DNA of 63,205 nucleotides, the filler included, from Octopus bimaculoides (Eukaryota), in NCBI RefSeq assembly GCF_001194135.2. It is 4 parts of 4 records of this genome, joined end to end, with 100 filler letters (N's around TTAATTAATTAA, not from the genome) between each part and the next. Parts side by side here need not be neighbours in the genome. Positions count along the whole stretch, not along the records: positions 1 to 5,611 come from NC_068993.1; positions 5,712 to 31,694 come from NC_068986.1; 2 more parts are not named here. The stretch is one strand, 5' to 3'. The notes below the pieces were generated by a model. The model saw only the letters and a list, made by a program, of their open reading frames with translations, searched no databases and was not told the DNA's origin. Positions 1 to 13,360 of this stretch are shown one piece after another (within the stretch, counting starts at the first letter, position 1; every line of letters begins with the position of its first letter). Both the position numbers and the translations under genes were made by a program.

Positions 1-32
<32 letters not shown>

Positions 33-198
33 ACATGTATATGTACATTTGTCTATCTATCTACATATATATATATGTCTTTATGTATATATGTGTATGT
101 ATATATGTATGTATATGTGTGTATGTGTGTGTGTATGCATGTGCATGTATGTATATAAATGTGTGTGTGTACATATGTGAGTGGTTTATATATGTGTA

Positions 199-235
199 TT
201 ATGATAATAATGATAATAATAACAACAACAACAAC

Positions 236-292
<57 letters not shown>
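199..292. repeat. (AAT)n/(AAC)n microsatellite
   Basis: Directly visible. Confidence 0.95.
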
Positions 293-493
293 CATGAACA
301 ACAATTAAAACATCCACAAAGAAGAAAATTAATGTTTGGCAAAATCAATATATATATTTATCTAATCAATATATATTTGCCCTTAATAAATTTGCAGTCT
401 TTTAGACTTTTCCCTTTATTACTTTTATTATTTTTTGAAGTTAACAATGATGTCAACATTGCATACATAAGTATAACATGGATTTTCACATTG

Positions 494-565
<72 letters not shown>

Positions 566-939
566 CGCAACATGTACACGTGTCAACATACACATATATG
601 CACACAGTTACATTTTAATACATACATACATACATACATTCATACATACATGCACTTGTACACATTCACACTTATTCAAAGCAGTGTACTTATACACATA
701 CATACAACACACACTCATAGAAACTAGTGCACACACACACACACTCACATAAAGATCTACATATTTACATACTTACATAATTTACAAACCTGCCTCATTG
801 CCCCGTTCAAGGCACTGAAAACCCCCTTTAAAAACCTTTTTAGCCACATTTTAGTAGAGAAATCCTAAATAAATATGTTGTTATCACATTTTTCCACCTG
901 GGTCTTAAAAACAGGATATAGATCAATTACCAGACTTCA

Positions 940-964
940 GTGGTGGTGGTGATGGTAATGGTGT

Positions 965-1009
<45 letters not shown>

Positions 1010-1080
1010 GAATGATGCTGATGATAGTGGTGGTGGTGGTGATGATGATGATGAAGATGATGATGATGGTGGTGGTGATG
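940..1080. repeat. (GAT)n/(GGT)n microsatellite
   Basis: Directly visible. Confidence 0.95.
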
Positions 1081-1772
1081 GTGCCCATTTGAATTCTAAT
1101 TTTGTTTGCCTTCTTCGCATAAAACTAAACTTATGCTATCCACTATTCTTCCTGTCTCCATTTTTTTCTGTTGATCTATTGGATTTATCTCGAGGAAAAA
1201 AAAAGGGCCGCTCCAATTGCTTCCTCAGGGCTTCTGCCTAAGAAAGCTATCGAAGTCAGAAACTACACAAGAAAGGAATTTCGGCGGAGAGGATGAGGTG
1301 GTGTGGGAGAGAGGGAGATGTACCCTGGAGCATACGCTACTTTAGTACAATACAAAAAAAACACATTGAGGAGACAATATGGCTACGGATTACAAGGTGA
1401 TTCTGTCTGACCACAGAGGGCTCCAATTGGCAGAGTCATAAGAACATAGGACAGAATGCTTTCTTATGGGTTCCTCGCACTTTGAGTTAAAATCCTAGAA
1501 CTCAACTTGGCCTCTCACCCCTTTAGATTTGATGAATAAACTACCTGTCAGGTATGGGGTCAACTCTTCTCTTTTTTTCACTCTTTCTATCTGTCCATTT
1601 TGCTCTCTTCTAGAAGAAAGTGGCTGCATTCAGACTTGGAGGGAGACGGTCTCTGCCAGCTCTAAAAATTGTCTAAAACATGCCATTTGTCACAATGTTG
1701 TGCTTCAAGATTCCAAAAGGAGTTGAAAGCCTTACAGCATTGCATGCATGTTAATATATATATGTGTATTGT

Positions 1773-1915
1773 TTACTTGTTTCAGTCATTAGACTGTGGC
1801 CATGCTGGGGCACTGACTTGAAGGGTTTTAGTCAAACAAATCAACACCAAACTGCCAAGTTATGGGGGGGGGGCATAAACAAGCCAGTGAGGGACAAACA
1901 CCCAAACACAAAGAT
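1773..1915 (-). mobile_element. SINE family B 3' part
   Basis: ttacttgtttcagtcattagactgtggccatgctggggcac. Related tails at about 7895-8004 (+), 46420-46705 (+) and 53885-53925 (-). Confidence 0.7.
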
Positions 1916-1932
1916 ACACACACAAATGTAGA

Positions 1933-2099
1933 CATCATCATCATCATCATCAACATTTAATGACTGTTTTCCATGCTGGCATGGGTTGGACGGCTTGACA
2001 GAAACTGGCAAGACCAGGGGTCACACTAGGTTCCATAATCTGTCTTGGCTTGGACTCTACAGTTGGTTGCCCTTCCTAATGCCAGCCATTTTACAGAGT

Positions 2100-2100
<1 letters not shown>
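1933..2100. mobile_element. Interspersed repeat with (CAT)n end (retroelement 3' end-like)
   Basis: catcat...ttttccatgctggcatgggttggacggcttgaca...cccttcctaatg, with a second copy at about 31502-31660. Confidence 0.7.
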
Positions 2101-2143
<43 letters not shown>

Positions 2144-2145
2144 TA

Positions 2146-2263
2146 TACGATGGGTTTCTTTCAGTTTCCATCTACAACATTCTCTCACAAGGCATTGGTC
2201 AGCCTGGGGCTATGCGAGGGAACACTTACCCAAAGTACTATGCAGTGGGACTGAACCCAGAAT
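2146..2263 (-). mobile_element. SINE family B head
   Basis: Diverged match to the 37621-37870 copy. Confidence 0.7.
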
Positions 2264-3124
2264 CATATTCTTTGTTTTCCCTTTTAGACGTTTCAGTCAA
2301 TGGACTGCAGTTATTCAGGGGCACCAAAGATATATTTTTTAAGTCAATAATTCACTTTTCTATTTTACTACTTTCCAAAATAACAATAATAATAATAAAA
2401 AAAAAGATAAATAAAATAAAACATTTCATTTCAAATCTGTCATCGCAGTGTGAAAGGCTACGGGCAATGACCGTTCTTGGATTAATGGCTGTATATAATG
2501 GGAAATAAACAGAGAAGAAACATGCCACACATGTGAGTACTTCTGGACCTATATGTCTGTAGACGAATACAGAAGTGAAAGAAAAATAAGCCAATAGATG
2601 CTACACTCTCATATGCATAATATATATATATATACATACACATGTATGTATATACATGTATATATGTGTGTGTATGTGTAGTACTATACAGGCGTACATA
2701 CGCACATGCATCCTAATGTGGCACATATCTCATGGGTAGAGAGGTTCCAAAATAGCTGATGGCTATCAGACCCAGCGAAACTGACTGTGACCTCGTGACC
2801 TCGAGTTTGCCTGTCCGCGTTTGGCATTGCCAAAAGTTGTAACAAGATGCAGAGAAAATATTCAAGAACGAAACAACAACAACAACACTAACGACAACAA
2901 CAATGGCAAGTAGAACAAAATATAGTATTGATATTACATCACTCCTCAAATACCATGCCAGTGATACTTATCATATACATACTATACAAACACATGTATG
3001 TATACATATATACTTGTGTGTGTGTGTGTGTGTGTGACTATGTACATATATATATATATATATATAAAACATGATATGATATAATATGACATGATATAAT
3101 ATGTTAAATGTATGTATGTATATG

Positions 3125-3272
3125 TCTTTCAGCAAGGTACCACCCTGTAGAGTTTGTGAAGAGTTTCGCATTAGGAAGGGTATCCAGCTATAGAAACCAT
3201 GTACCATGCTGTGGGACTGAAATCAAAACAGAGTGGTTAATAAACAGACTTCTAAACCACACAGCCATGCTT
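3125..3272 (-). mobile_element. SINE family B degenerate head
   Basis: gtaccatgctgtgggactgaaatc...aaccacacagccatgc. Confidence 0.55.
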
Positions 3273-3440
3273 AGGGCCACACACACACTCACAAATACAC
3301 ACATACAAGCACACTACCACACAGACATATTCAAACAAAAGAAATGCTACAATAGACATAAGTATGCATATATATATATATACATATTTATGTATGTGTG
3401 TGTGTATATATACATACACATAAAGATAGACGAAAATGTA

Positions 3441-3475
<35 letters not shown>

Positions 3476-4573
3476 TTGGAAATAGATGCGTGGCATTCAA
3501 TTGAATAATAATATAAATAATATACATAACATATGTATATATCTATACATATATATATACATACACACATAAATATATAACTATATATATATACGTATAT
3601 ANNNNNNNNNNNNNNNNNNNNNNNNNNNNNNNNNNNNNNNNNNNNNNNNNNNNNNNNNNNNNNNNNNNNNNNNNNNNNNNNNNNNNNNNNNNNNNNNNNN
3701 NNNNNNNNNNNNNNNNNNNNNNNNNNNNNNNNNNNNNNNNNNNNNNNNNNNNNNNNNNNNNNNNNNNNNNNNNNNNNNNNNNNNNNNNNNNNNNNNNNNN
3801 NNATATATATATATATGTATGTATGTATGTATGTATGCATGTATGTATGTATATATATATGTTAAATTCAAATTACGATGAACGTAAACAAACAAACGAA
3901 GTTTGCTTTAGATAAAGAAGTGATTTTTAAATTCTCAAACACAGAATAATGCTAATAATATAGCCTAAACAGGATAAACTACCCCTATTTTGCAGAAAAA
4001 AGTGTTGGTGGCCGGCTATGAATATATATATGTGTGTGTATGTGTATATATACCTGGTGTGTAGCACAAGGTCCCAATCATCCTTCGTTACCTCAGTACA
4101 AATTCCCATTGGTATCGAAGTGACTGTACGACAGACTGTGATGACCAAATAGGAGGAAGGCTTAGAATGTATATGTATATATGTATATATGCCTGTGTGG
4201 GTGTTATGTGAGAGTCATTTACGTCAGCTGTGTGTTTACGTCTGTCTTGAGCATGAGTGAGTTATGTCAGTTTTAAGTGTGTTATAGTGGTCAATCATTT
4301 GCATGAAATGTGTGTTAGCTGTATCAGCTGAAATATATATATATATATATATACACATGAGTATCTATATTTATAGCATTGTATCTATTATGTGTACATA
4401 AGCTCGAAAAATGTTAACACATGAAACTCTTGACCCCTGAGCCACTCAGTAACTTCTGCTGATTACTAATAAAAAAATGTATATAGTCTGAAGTTTTGAG
4501 TTCTATTTTTCCTACTAGCCTCATCAAACCTGTTATGTGTATGTATGTATATATATATATATGTATATATATG

Positions 4574-4666
<93 letters not shown>

Positions 4667-4734
4667 ATACATGTGAATTCACACACATATCTATATTTAT
4701 TAGTCTATTTACTTTTATCAGTTTTAGAAAAAAA

Positions 4735-5128
4735 GGGTTGTACCTTAGATTAAGTGCATAAGTAGTACTTAATTTATTGACACCGAAAGGATGAAGTGGA
4801 AAATATATCTCAGCAGAATTTGAACTCAGAACATTAGGACATGCCACTAAGCGTCTTGCCTGGCAGGTTAACGATCCTTCCAGCTCGTCACCTCGACAAT
4901 GTTAATGATAATGGTTTCGAATTTTGCCTCACGGGCAGCCATTTTTGGGGGAGGGGATAAATCGATTACCTCGACCCCCGTCTTTCACTGGTACTTTATT
5001 TATCGACCCTGGAAAGATGAAAGACAAAGTTGACTTCGGTGGAATTTGAACTCATAACGTAGCGACGGGTGAAATACAGCTAAGCATTTCGTCCAACACG
5101 CTAACGATTCTGCCAGTTCGCTGCCTTA
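4735..5128 (-). mobile_element. Two tandem copies of tRNA-derived SINE family A
   Basis: Shared blocks ttatcgaccc..gaaagatgaaag, gaatttgaactca (B box) and aacgattctgccag (A box). Flanked by (AAT)n. Confidence 0.8.
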
Positions 5129-5457
5129 ATGATAATAATAATAATAATAATGATAGGAAGAAGAAGTATGAGAAACAAAGACTCTCATGCATGTATTGGT
5201 TTGAAATGGTTTGTTATTTCCCAGGGCCACCCCCATCTAATTTATCCAGACAACAACAAAATACCACTGACAACAAGAAAACAGCTGGATGATGATGACG
5301 ATGATGATCATCATCATCGTCATCGTCATCATCGTCATAATGAAGAAGAAAAAGAAGAAATGGTGACAAAGAAGCAAAAGCAGGAAAAAGGCCAAGAATT
5401 TCACAGAATAGTCATTTTATATATGTATGTATGTTTGTAAATGCATATATATATATG

Positions 5458-5498
<41 letters not shown>

Positions 5499-5576
5499 AT
5501 GTGTGTGTGTGTGGATATATGTGTATATGGTCATATGAATTTCAGTGCAGTTACATAAATCTGCTTATTTTTGTTT

Positions 5577-5611
<35 letters not shown>

Positions 5612-5711
5612 NNNNNNNNNNNNNNNNNNNNNNNNNNNNNNNNNNNNNNNNNNNNTTAATTAATTAANNNNNNNNNNNNNNNNNNNNNNNNNNNNNNNNN
5701 NNNNNNNNNNN
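5612..5711. other. Assembly gap marker: 44 N + TTAATTAATTAA + 44 N (also 31695-31794 and 43058-43157)
   Basis: Identical 100-bp construct occurs three times; the 12-mer has stops in all six frames. Confidence 0.95.
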
Positions 5712-6063
5712 TCTTCACGTTCCTTGCATGGCTCTTCTCCTGCACCTGATATAGTCCAATCAAGAATTTTGATGGCATATCTGGTGTATAAGAGAATTTG
5801 ACATCGCTTCTCTAAACTGTATCTTATTTCGAGCCATTGGTTCGTCTGGTATCGTGGAGAGGAAAGCGTCGAGTTTTGTCTTGAAGTCCTCTATATCCAT
5901 GTCTTGCAGGTGTCTCAAATGTTTTGGTAGGGCATTAAAGAGCTGAGGTCCTCTGAAACCGAGGCTGTTGCAGTACCTCGTTCTTATGTCAGATGCAATG
6001 GACGGCACCTTTGGTACCATGCAGTGGCGACCTGTGCGCGCATTCTTGTAGTACTTGATGCCA
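5712..6063 (-). mobile_element. CR1/L2-type LINE ORF2 3' end remnant
   Basis: RYCNSLGFRGPQLFNALPKHLR...FKTKLDAFLSTIPDEP is a typical CR1-group ORF2 C-terminus. Confidence 0.7.
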
Positions 6064-6089
6064 AAGTCTATACATACACACATATATAA

Positions 6090-6258
<169 letters not shown>

Positions 6259-8173
6259 TATATACATACATACATGCATACATACAGATAGAAAAATAGG
6301 CATGCAGGCAGCTAGACAGATAGATAGTTAGATAAATAGATAATAAGCAAATTGAGTGAATAAATCCAGGCAAATATCTCGAAAGCACTCAGCCTTGGTA
6401 AACTATATCAAGCAATGAGATACCAAGAAATGCAAATAGAATTAACATCCAATATAATTCCTCTTGTATGATGAATAAATTCAAATTAGAAGAATTGGAA
6501 GGAACTTGAAGTATACAAGAACATCGACGAGAATGAGAAAATCAGATCGAGACACACAAAAAGGTTGAATTCAAAGCAAAACGAAATCATTTCTATAATA
6601 CATGATTGCAGATAAAAGCAGAGTTAATAAAAGCTGTTTAAGTATTTAAACACTTAATTAAATTATGATTATGTCTGTAGAAAGCGATCGAATCAAAAAT
6701 AAACATAGAACATCTGTCACGACATTTAGTTCTGTAGGTATTTTAAAAGCTAAAATAATTAGAAAATCTATGCTTATTTGATTATAGGAAAACCTATTAG
6801 AATGTAATTTTTATCTCTTATTGGAATCGTAACCTGTTTTTCTATATCTATGGATACATGTGAACGAAAGACTGCTTCTATAATTTAGCAATTTAAATTT
6901 TGAAGTAGTTATACAATACATTAAAAATCTAAGCAAATGTTTCATTTAAAATTACCAGAATTGTACGATGGGGCGTAACTAATAACGGACCATATATATA
7001 TATATATATANNNNNNNNNNNNNNNNNNNNNNNNNNNNNNNNNNNNNNNNNNNNNNNNNNNNNNNNNNNNNNNNNNNNNNNNNNNNNNNNNNNNNNNNNN
7101 NNNNNNNNNNNNNNNNNNNNNNNNNNNNNNNNNNNNNNNNNNNNNNNNNNNNNNNNNNNNNNNNNNNNNNNNNNNNNNAGTGCACAATTAAACACAAAAG
7201 AGGTGACCTTAACAGGACGCCTTAGATGCTAGACGGAACAGTCAAAGTTTTAAACAACGGTTTAGAGCAATTAAGAAGGGAATGAACTATAAAGATTGTT
7301 GTCAATGTAAGAGGGTTTCGTTTCGTTGTTTTAACGTAACGGATATTAATTACGATGAATACGTAAATAATTCTTCAATACAGTATGTTCGAGGACAGGA
7401 CTACGAGGAAACGGTTGCACAACTTCTTTTTATTTTAAAAATATTTGTCAACGTGAGTACATTTTCTTTTGCTGTCATCAATTTACTCTTACAAAAGCAC
7501 AGCAGGACACAAAACAAAAACTGGATAAGCGTGTTCGTTTATTTCATGTATTATGACATATTCTAGTAAGCATAAGGCTACTAATATCCTAATAGTATTT
7601 CGTTTCATTGATGAACGATAACTAAAGAAAATGTCTTTGGATTTCGCAGACAACAGTATGTGTTACCAGCAATGTAAAATAATGAAAAGCGCCTACCAAA
7701 CCTTGTCCTGCCCTCCACCATTCTATTTCATTCGAAAACATATTTTAGACGTTATTGAATCCATTCGTTGGAACACACCATTTTGGAAATTAAGCTTATA
7801 GATATGCTCTATAGTATTTTATAGTAATGAAATGAGGCACAATTAACGCGACACTAATTTAATCTACAATTTAGCTCCGAAGTGCTAAAAATGCAGTTCA
7901 TGCTTCAACAAGGAGATAAATATAATAAGTACCGGGCTTTAAGAATTCTTCAAGGCCCTGTCCCAGCATGGCTGCAGTGTAATGACTGAAAGAAGTGAAG
8001 AATATAATCCAGTTTACATTTCGTGCTAAACTGAATGGATTTATAAGCAGGTTGTTCGTGGATATTACGAGGGTAGGCACGTGTATAGACGAAGTTTCGA
8101 ATAACAATCGAAATTTGTTTACACGTCGTTTTCTTTATTTATATTCTCATATATGTAATTATATAAGTTTGTA

Positions 8174-8218
<45 letters not shown>

Positions 8219-8694
8219 ATGTGGGTAAGGATTAGTTGTCCTTAACGAGACTCGAACTCAAAACCACAGCATCCGATATGGTTGACGGAAGACATTCCAA
8301 CCACTTTTAATTTTCTGCCAATTATCTATTTTCCATCGACCTATACACGGTGTTCCTATATATGGGTGTATATATGTGTGGATATGTACATGTATATAAT
8401 GTTCTATCATAGTATATCATATTACATTATATACTCAGAGAATTCTCATAAATAAAACGAGAGATTCTATCTGAAGACCTCCAGACTCTGCAAATGTTAC
8501 AACTTGAAACGTTCCTATGGTTCTCTTCTTAAAATACAACCTCGCCTGGATAATAGTTGAGGCATGTGGGCACAATATCGGCTGACTTAGCAGAACAAAC
8601 AAAACAACAACACTAGTAGGAATAGAGATATTAGCAACAGCATTCAAACATAAGATTCTCAAATGTGTTTGAAGATACGTTTATGTAGGAATGT

Positions 8695-9000
8695 GGAGGT
8701 GCAATGGCTCAGTGGTTCGAGCAGCAGACTCGCATTTCTACGATAGCGGCTTCGATTTCCAGACCGGGCGTTGTGAATGTTTATTGAGCGAAAACACCTA
8801 AACCTCCACGAGGCTCCGGCAGGGGCTGTTGACCAACCCTGCTATATTCTTTCACCACAACTTTCTCTCACTTTTTCTTCCTGTTTCTCTTGTACTTTTA
8901 TTTCAAAGACCAGCCATTTGCACGTTAATTTCACGAGCAGTCGGTGCCGTTGATCGGATCAACGTGAACCCCTGTCGTCGTAACCGACGGAGCGCCACGA
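8695..9000 (+). mobile_element. tRNA-derived SINE family C
   Basis: A box tggctcagtgg, B-like ttcgatttcc, and 3' gatcggatcaac...gtaaccgacggagcgcca. Confidence 0.7.
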
Positions 9001-10819
9001 TGTAGAAGTATATACTCACCCTAATATGCCCTCGTAACATTAAACAAGATTTCGATATCTAAATTGAATCTATAGAAACCAGTAGAGTTTTGTCATCAGG
9101 AAATATTTAGCTACCATCACTAATTTATCTTAGTTTATATGTCGAGGTGAGTTAAGACTATTGACGTTTCGATTCAAGCCCTTTATCGGGAAGAGATATA
9201 TTTTCATATTTATCAGGACATTATCAGGGAAAACGTAGATTTAGAGAATGTGAGTAGATGAGAAAATAAGAATTCGGAGTAAATTTGTTTAGTATTTTTA
9301 TATTTATTTTCCCTAACTTCTATCACAGCGTCAGTTTCAATAGTGAATCTGTGAAACACAATTACACAATAATACTGCATTGTTTAAAGATGGCTTCGTG
9401 TCAGCCATTGGCGCTTCTATTACTGTAGGAGGAAAAATTTAATAGATTTCTACATTTTGTGGTTTCGTTGACGTTTTAATAACTGCTTCGCAGCCTCATT
9501 AAATTCCCAATGATATTGTCTATTTCTCGAGACTTTTCCATAAATATTATTTGTTGATCGATCTAGCTATGAAGAAATGGCCTACAACATAAAGACTCAC
9601 GCCAAACCACAAAAACAATCACACGTGTGTGTGTATTGGTATATATAGCTTTATACATAACTGCATATATATGAACACACACACACATATATGTATGCAT
9701 ATACAGATACATATACATATATGTCTACAATTATGTGTATGTGTGTGTATATATGTATGTATGTATGTATCTCTCTCTTTCTCTATCAATACACACACAC
9801 ATATAAATATATATATACACACATATATATATATATGTGTGTGTGTGTGTTTGTATCTATGTGTGTGTATGTGTGTTTATGTATGTATATCACACAAGTT
9901 ACTCTAAATTTATTTAGATACAAATAAATTATGTCCTTACTGAAAAATCTAATGAGAAGATTAATTTCTATCAACAACATTTCACATTGCCCGAGTTTCA
10001 TTCTACAAATCTTCATGTGGACGTCATCTTCACAGACCTCTCGTAAAGACACCTTCATAAGTATTGTTCCTCTCCGCCACGTGACAATCAGATACTTCTT
10101 TTTATATAGAAATCGATATATTAAATGAATTAACGTCCTAATACTTAAAGTTATAATTAAAAGTATCAGAACAAATATCGCCAGCGTTTTCTTTATGACT
10201 TCTTTGCTCTTCGTCACATCATTCGGGGACGCCAATTCCTATACCAGATCACTATATCACTGCAGCTTCTATAGCTACAGTCTTTGAATAGTTGCACGGT
10301 TTACCAACCAACGTGCAGTATGATTTTACGAGACACTAGTCTTGTGAGTGGCCTTTGGCTCTGAATGAGCTCATCCTTCTCTTCACAGATGATGTTTTTT
10401 GTCCTTCCACACACTCACTACACCGGTTTTCGTCTGTTATTCAGAACTGAAATAACCACGTTGTAACCCAGGTAAGGTGTTTCATGGCAAGGATATTGTG
10501 TTCATATTGCATATTGGATTTATTACAAACAAATGTAATCAGGGAGAAAAATACGTTTCCGACAAGTTTATCTCAATATTAAAGATTTATGAAGCAACAA
10601 GTCCGATTATATTTAATATAAGACGGAAAGTTCTAGAATAAACGACACGTTATTTATGGCTCCTTCTGTTGAAGCATGCGCAGTCCTTGTAAGAAGTTAT
10701 AGTTTGCTTCTCTACACATTTGTGAAAGCGCGTGGCAAAGAGGTTCAGGCAATGAACTCACGATCGCGAAATTGTAGTTCCCTAACTGAAATTACTAGTT
10801 CTACCTATTTTGGACAGAC

Positions 10820-11918
10820 TGCTGTTTGTTTCAGTTCTTGCAACCGTTCAGCTTCCTTCTTGTGCTCCTTGTCTTAACCCCAAATGTCACTCCAAAACCC
10901 TTGACTTTCAAGGCTATCTGGTATCAACTTTTCATCTTGTACACTCTCCATTTATTTATTTTTAGAATCTCTTCTGATCTACTCTGAATAACCTATTCTG
11001 GTGGTAACCCTTCCTTCTTTGGTCGTATCTTACCATTTTTGCTTTCTTTGCAACCAGACGCTGTTTCAGTTCCTCCACTACTACTTTCAGGCCCTTTCTT
11101 TCAATATTATACTTCCTTTTCAGCGCCCTGTATTTTTGTTCACTTTCCAACTCCCCTTTCTCTTTTCGGTCTAATACAGAGATTTCCTTCGAGAGCCTGT
11201 CTAACCCTTCCTGGATTCTTCTTTGCCCCCACGGATCTTTTCTTTTGTCATTCCCATTATGTTTCTTTTTCTTGATATCAACACCCACGTTCTCTGCCAC
11301 AGCAAAACTTGCTGCCTTGATCAAATTATTTGTTTCTGTGATGTTGTTTGTTCTGATGTGTTTCAGAATTTCAATGACATTTTTCGCATCTTGTTTCAAT
11401 TTCCATTGATCCACCTTTTAAAGTTTGCAAATAATGTCGCTATCGTTCTCCTGTAGTCTTACCTTTATTCTGTCGTAGATGGCCTTTTGTTCATCTGTCA
11501 TGTCACCATTAGTTTTATTGTCTTCTCTTAGACCATCTATATGTCTCTCATCAAGTAAACTACCACTGCTCCTTTCCTGTGCAATGGGATTACTCTTATT
11601 TGTAAGAACTCTATTTTCATTTTTATCTCTGCTGCTATTTTCCACGACCCGTCTTTTGATAGCTTCGAGCTCTACTTCTGTGAACCAACAATTTTTTTCT
11701 TATTGCCCTAGCTTGATCACATAGTCTCTGTTACGTGAGTGAATGTTGTTTTCACAGCCATTCTCATCCACAGCTATTTATTTCTCTGTCTGTCTTATTT
11801 TCAACATTCCTATGACATTGCCAATGCAATCTTTTCTTCATCTATGTTCAGTTTCAATCGCTTTCAATCGCTTGTAAAGTGCTTTATCTTTGAAATCTTT
11901 CATCCTACACAACCCTGA
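10820..11918 (-). mobile_element. Dong/R4-clade non-LTR retrotransposon, 5' (N-terminal) remnant
   Basis: Frameshifted peptides QRLCDQARAIRK, ITETNNLIKAASFAVAENVG, ELKQRLVAKKAKMVRYDQR..HQNRLFRVDQKRF and FWSDIWG..KEHKKEAERLQELK match the R4/Dong ORF N-terminus as recalled. Confidence 0.75.
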
Positions 11919-11975
<57 letters not shown>

Positions 11976-11980
11976 CATTA
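11919..11980. repeat. (ATT)n microsatellite between two Dong fragments
   Basis: Directly visible. Confidence 0.95.
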
Positions 11981-11994
11981 TTTTTTTTTTATAT

Positions 11995-12245
11995 CACTGG
12001 TCTTGATGGAACTCTTGGATTTTGGGACGTGTAGCGGGTTTACTACCTGAAGCCTCCGATACTATACTATTCGTTCTTTTCGGGTATCTAATACTTTCCT
12101 GATTATTCTGGGCGTGCCATGGAGGCAAAACTTTTTCAATATTTCTACTGGACACCTTATTCCAAATTTCATTTATATTCCTCTTGATGCCTTCTGATAT
12201 TGTCCCCAAATAACCCAACCATAATTATCACTATCGTCAATGTCT
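11995..12245 (-). mobile_element. Dong/R4-clade element 3' end with A-rich/(AAT)n tail
   Basis: Frameshifted C-terminus LGTISEGIKRNINEI...HGTPRIIRKVLDT, then a short UTR and an A-run leading into (AAT)n. Confidence 0.6.
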
Positions 12246-12399
12246 TCATTTTCCATAGCCGAGTTATTTCGTATTTAAGAGGGCTGTATCCATCTGTCTC
12301 TTCGTCTTCCGTCTTGACTACTCGTGGGTCAAAGGACATTCAGTAACAACTATATAGCATACGTGGTGCATCTTCCCCATCACCACTAGGTCCAGTGAG

Positions 12400-12890
12400 T
12401 TATGCCCTAGCACCTGATCTGTTTGCATAAGGAAATCCCAGAAGATTTTGCCAGTCTCATACTTCGCCATTCTCTGCACTTTTTGCGGTTTGTGCTCACA
12501 CTACGCCTTGCATCTCTCTACCCAACACCCACTTTTCGCACAGTTTTCTATGTAGCACTTTCGCGGGTTCTCAGAACCCAGTCCCCTACATCAGCGGGAC
12601 GAAACGTTGCAAGTTGTGCATTACCGAACGCACAAATACTCTAAAGGACTCGCTCGTGCCAGGGAGCATTCTAGACTCCGGGATGGAGATTTTCGGGCTA
12701 TGCTCGCATTTTAGAATATTTCTGCTGGCTTTATGGAATCCGCAAGTCGACGCCGTAGCCGTGAGCCTGCAGCCAATGCCGAAGGGAGAAAGTCGTTTAC
12801 ATTCGTGAATTTCCGGTGCCTGCAAAAGGGCGGCCGAAGCTCGCTGGCCAGTGGCAAAAGGTGATAATCACCTTGTGTCTAGCTTCATAG
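12400..12890 (+). mobile_element. Penelope-like element (Poseidon-type) GIY-YIG C-terminal remnant
   Basis: PYISGTKRCKLCITERTNTLKD...ILDSGMEIFGLCSHFRIFLL matches the PY....RC.LC..E...LN.R.E...C.H...FLL terminus. Confidence 0.6.
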
Positions 12891-12932
12891 GAAGCCTTTT
12901 CCCCCTTCATACACACACACACACACACACAG

Positions 12933-12977
<45 letters not shown>

Positions 12978-13308
12978 TACATACATATATATATACATAC
13001 ATACNNNNNNNNNNNNNNNNNNNNNNNNNNNNNNNNNNNNNNNNNNNNNNNNNNNNNNNNNNNNNNNNNNNNNNNNNNNNNNNNNNNNNNNNNNNNNNNN
13101 NNNNNNNNNNNNNNNNNNNNNNNNNNNNNNNNNNNNNNNNNNNNNNNNNNNNNNNNNNNNNNNNNNNNNNNNNNNNNNNNNNNNNNNNNNNNNNNNNNNN
13201 NNNNNNNNNNNNNNNNNNNNNNNNNNNNNNNNNNNNNNNNNNNNNNNNNNNNNNNNNNNNNNNNNNNNNNNNNNNNNNNNNNNNNNNNNNNNNNNNNNNN
13301 NNNNNNNN

Positions 13309-13360
<52 letters not shown>

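Noticed and set aside
35-727. Long ORFs rich in YI, HT, CV, N, I, E, R or L runs here and throughout the window
   Set aside because: They are translations of (TA)n, (CA)n, (AAT)n and (GAA)n microsatellites.
2775-2845. Minus-frame TTFGNAKR as a myosin motor motif
   Set aside because: It lacks the following NSSRFGK, hits a stop quickly and has no exon boundaries.
5656-5667. Palindromic TTAATTAATTAA between N runs (also 31739-31750 and 43102-43113)
   Set aside because: The identical 44N+12+44N construct is an artificial scaffold linker with six-frame stops, not biology.
9786-10235. 149-aa minus-strand ORF
   Set aside because: No recognisable domain, and it runs into simple repeats.
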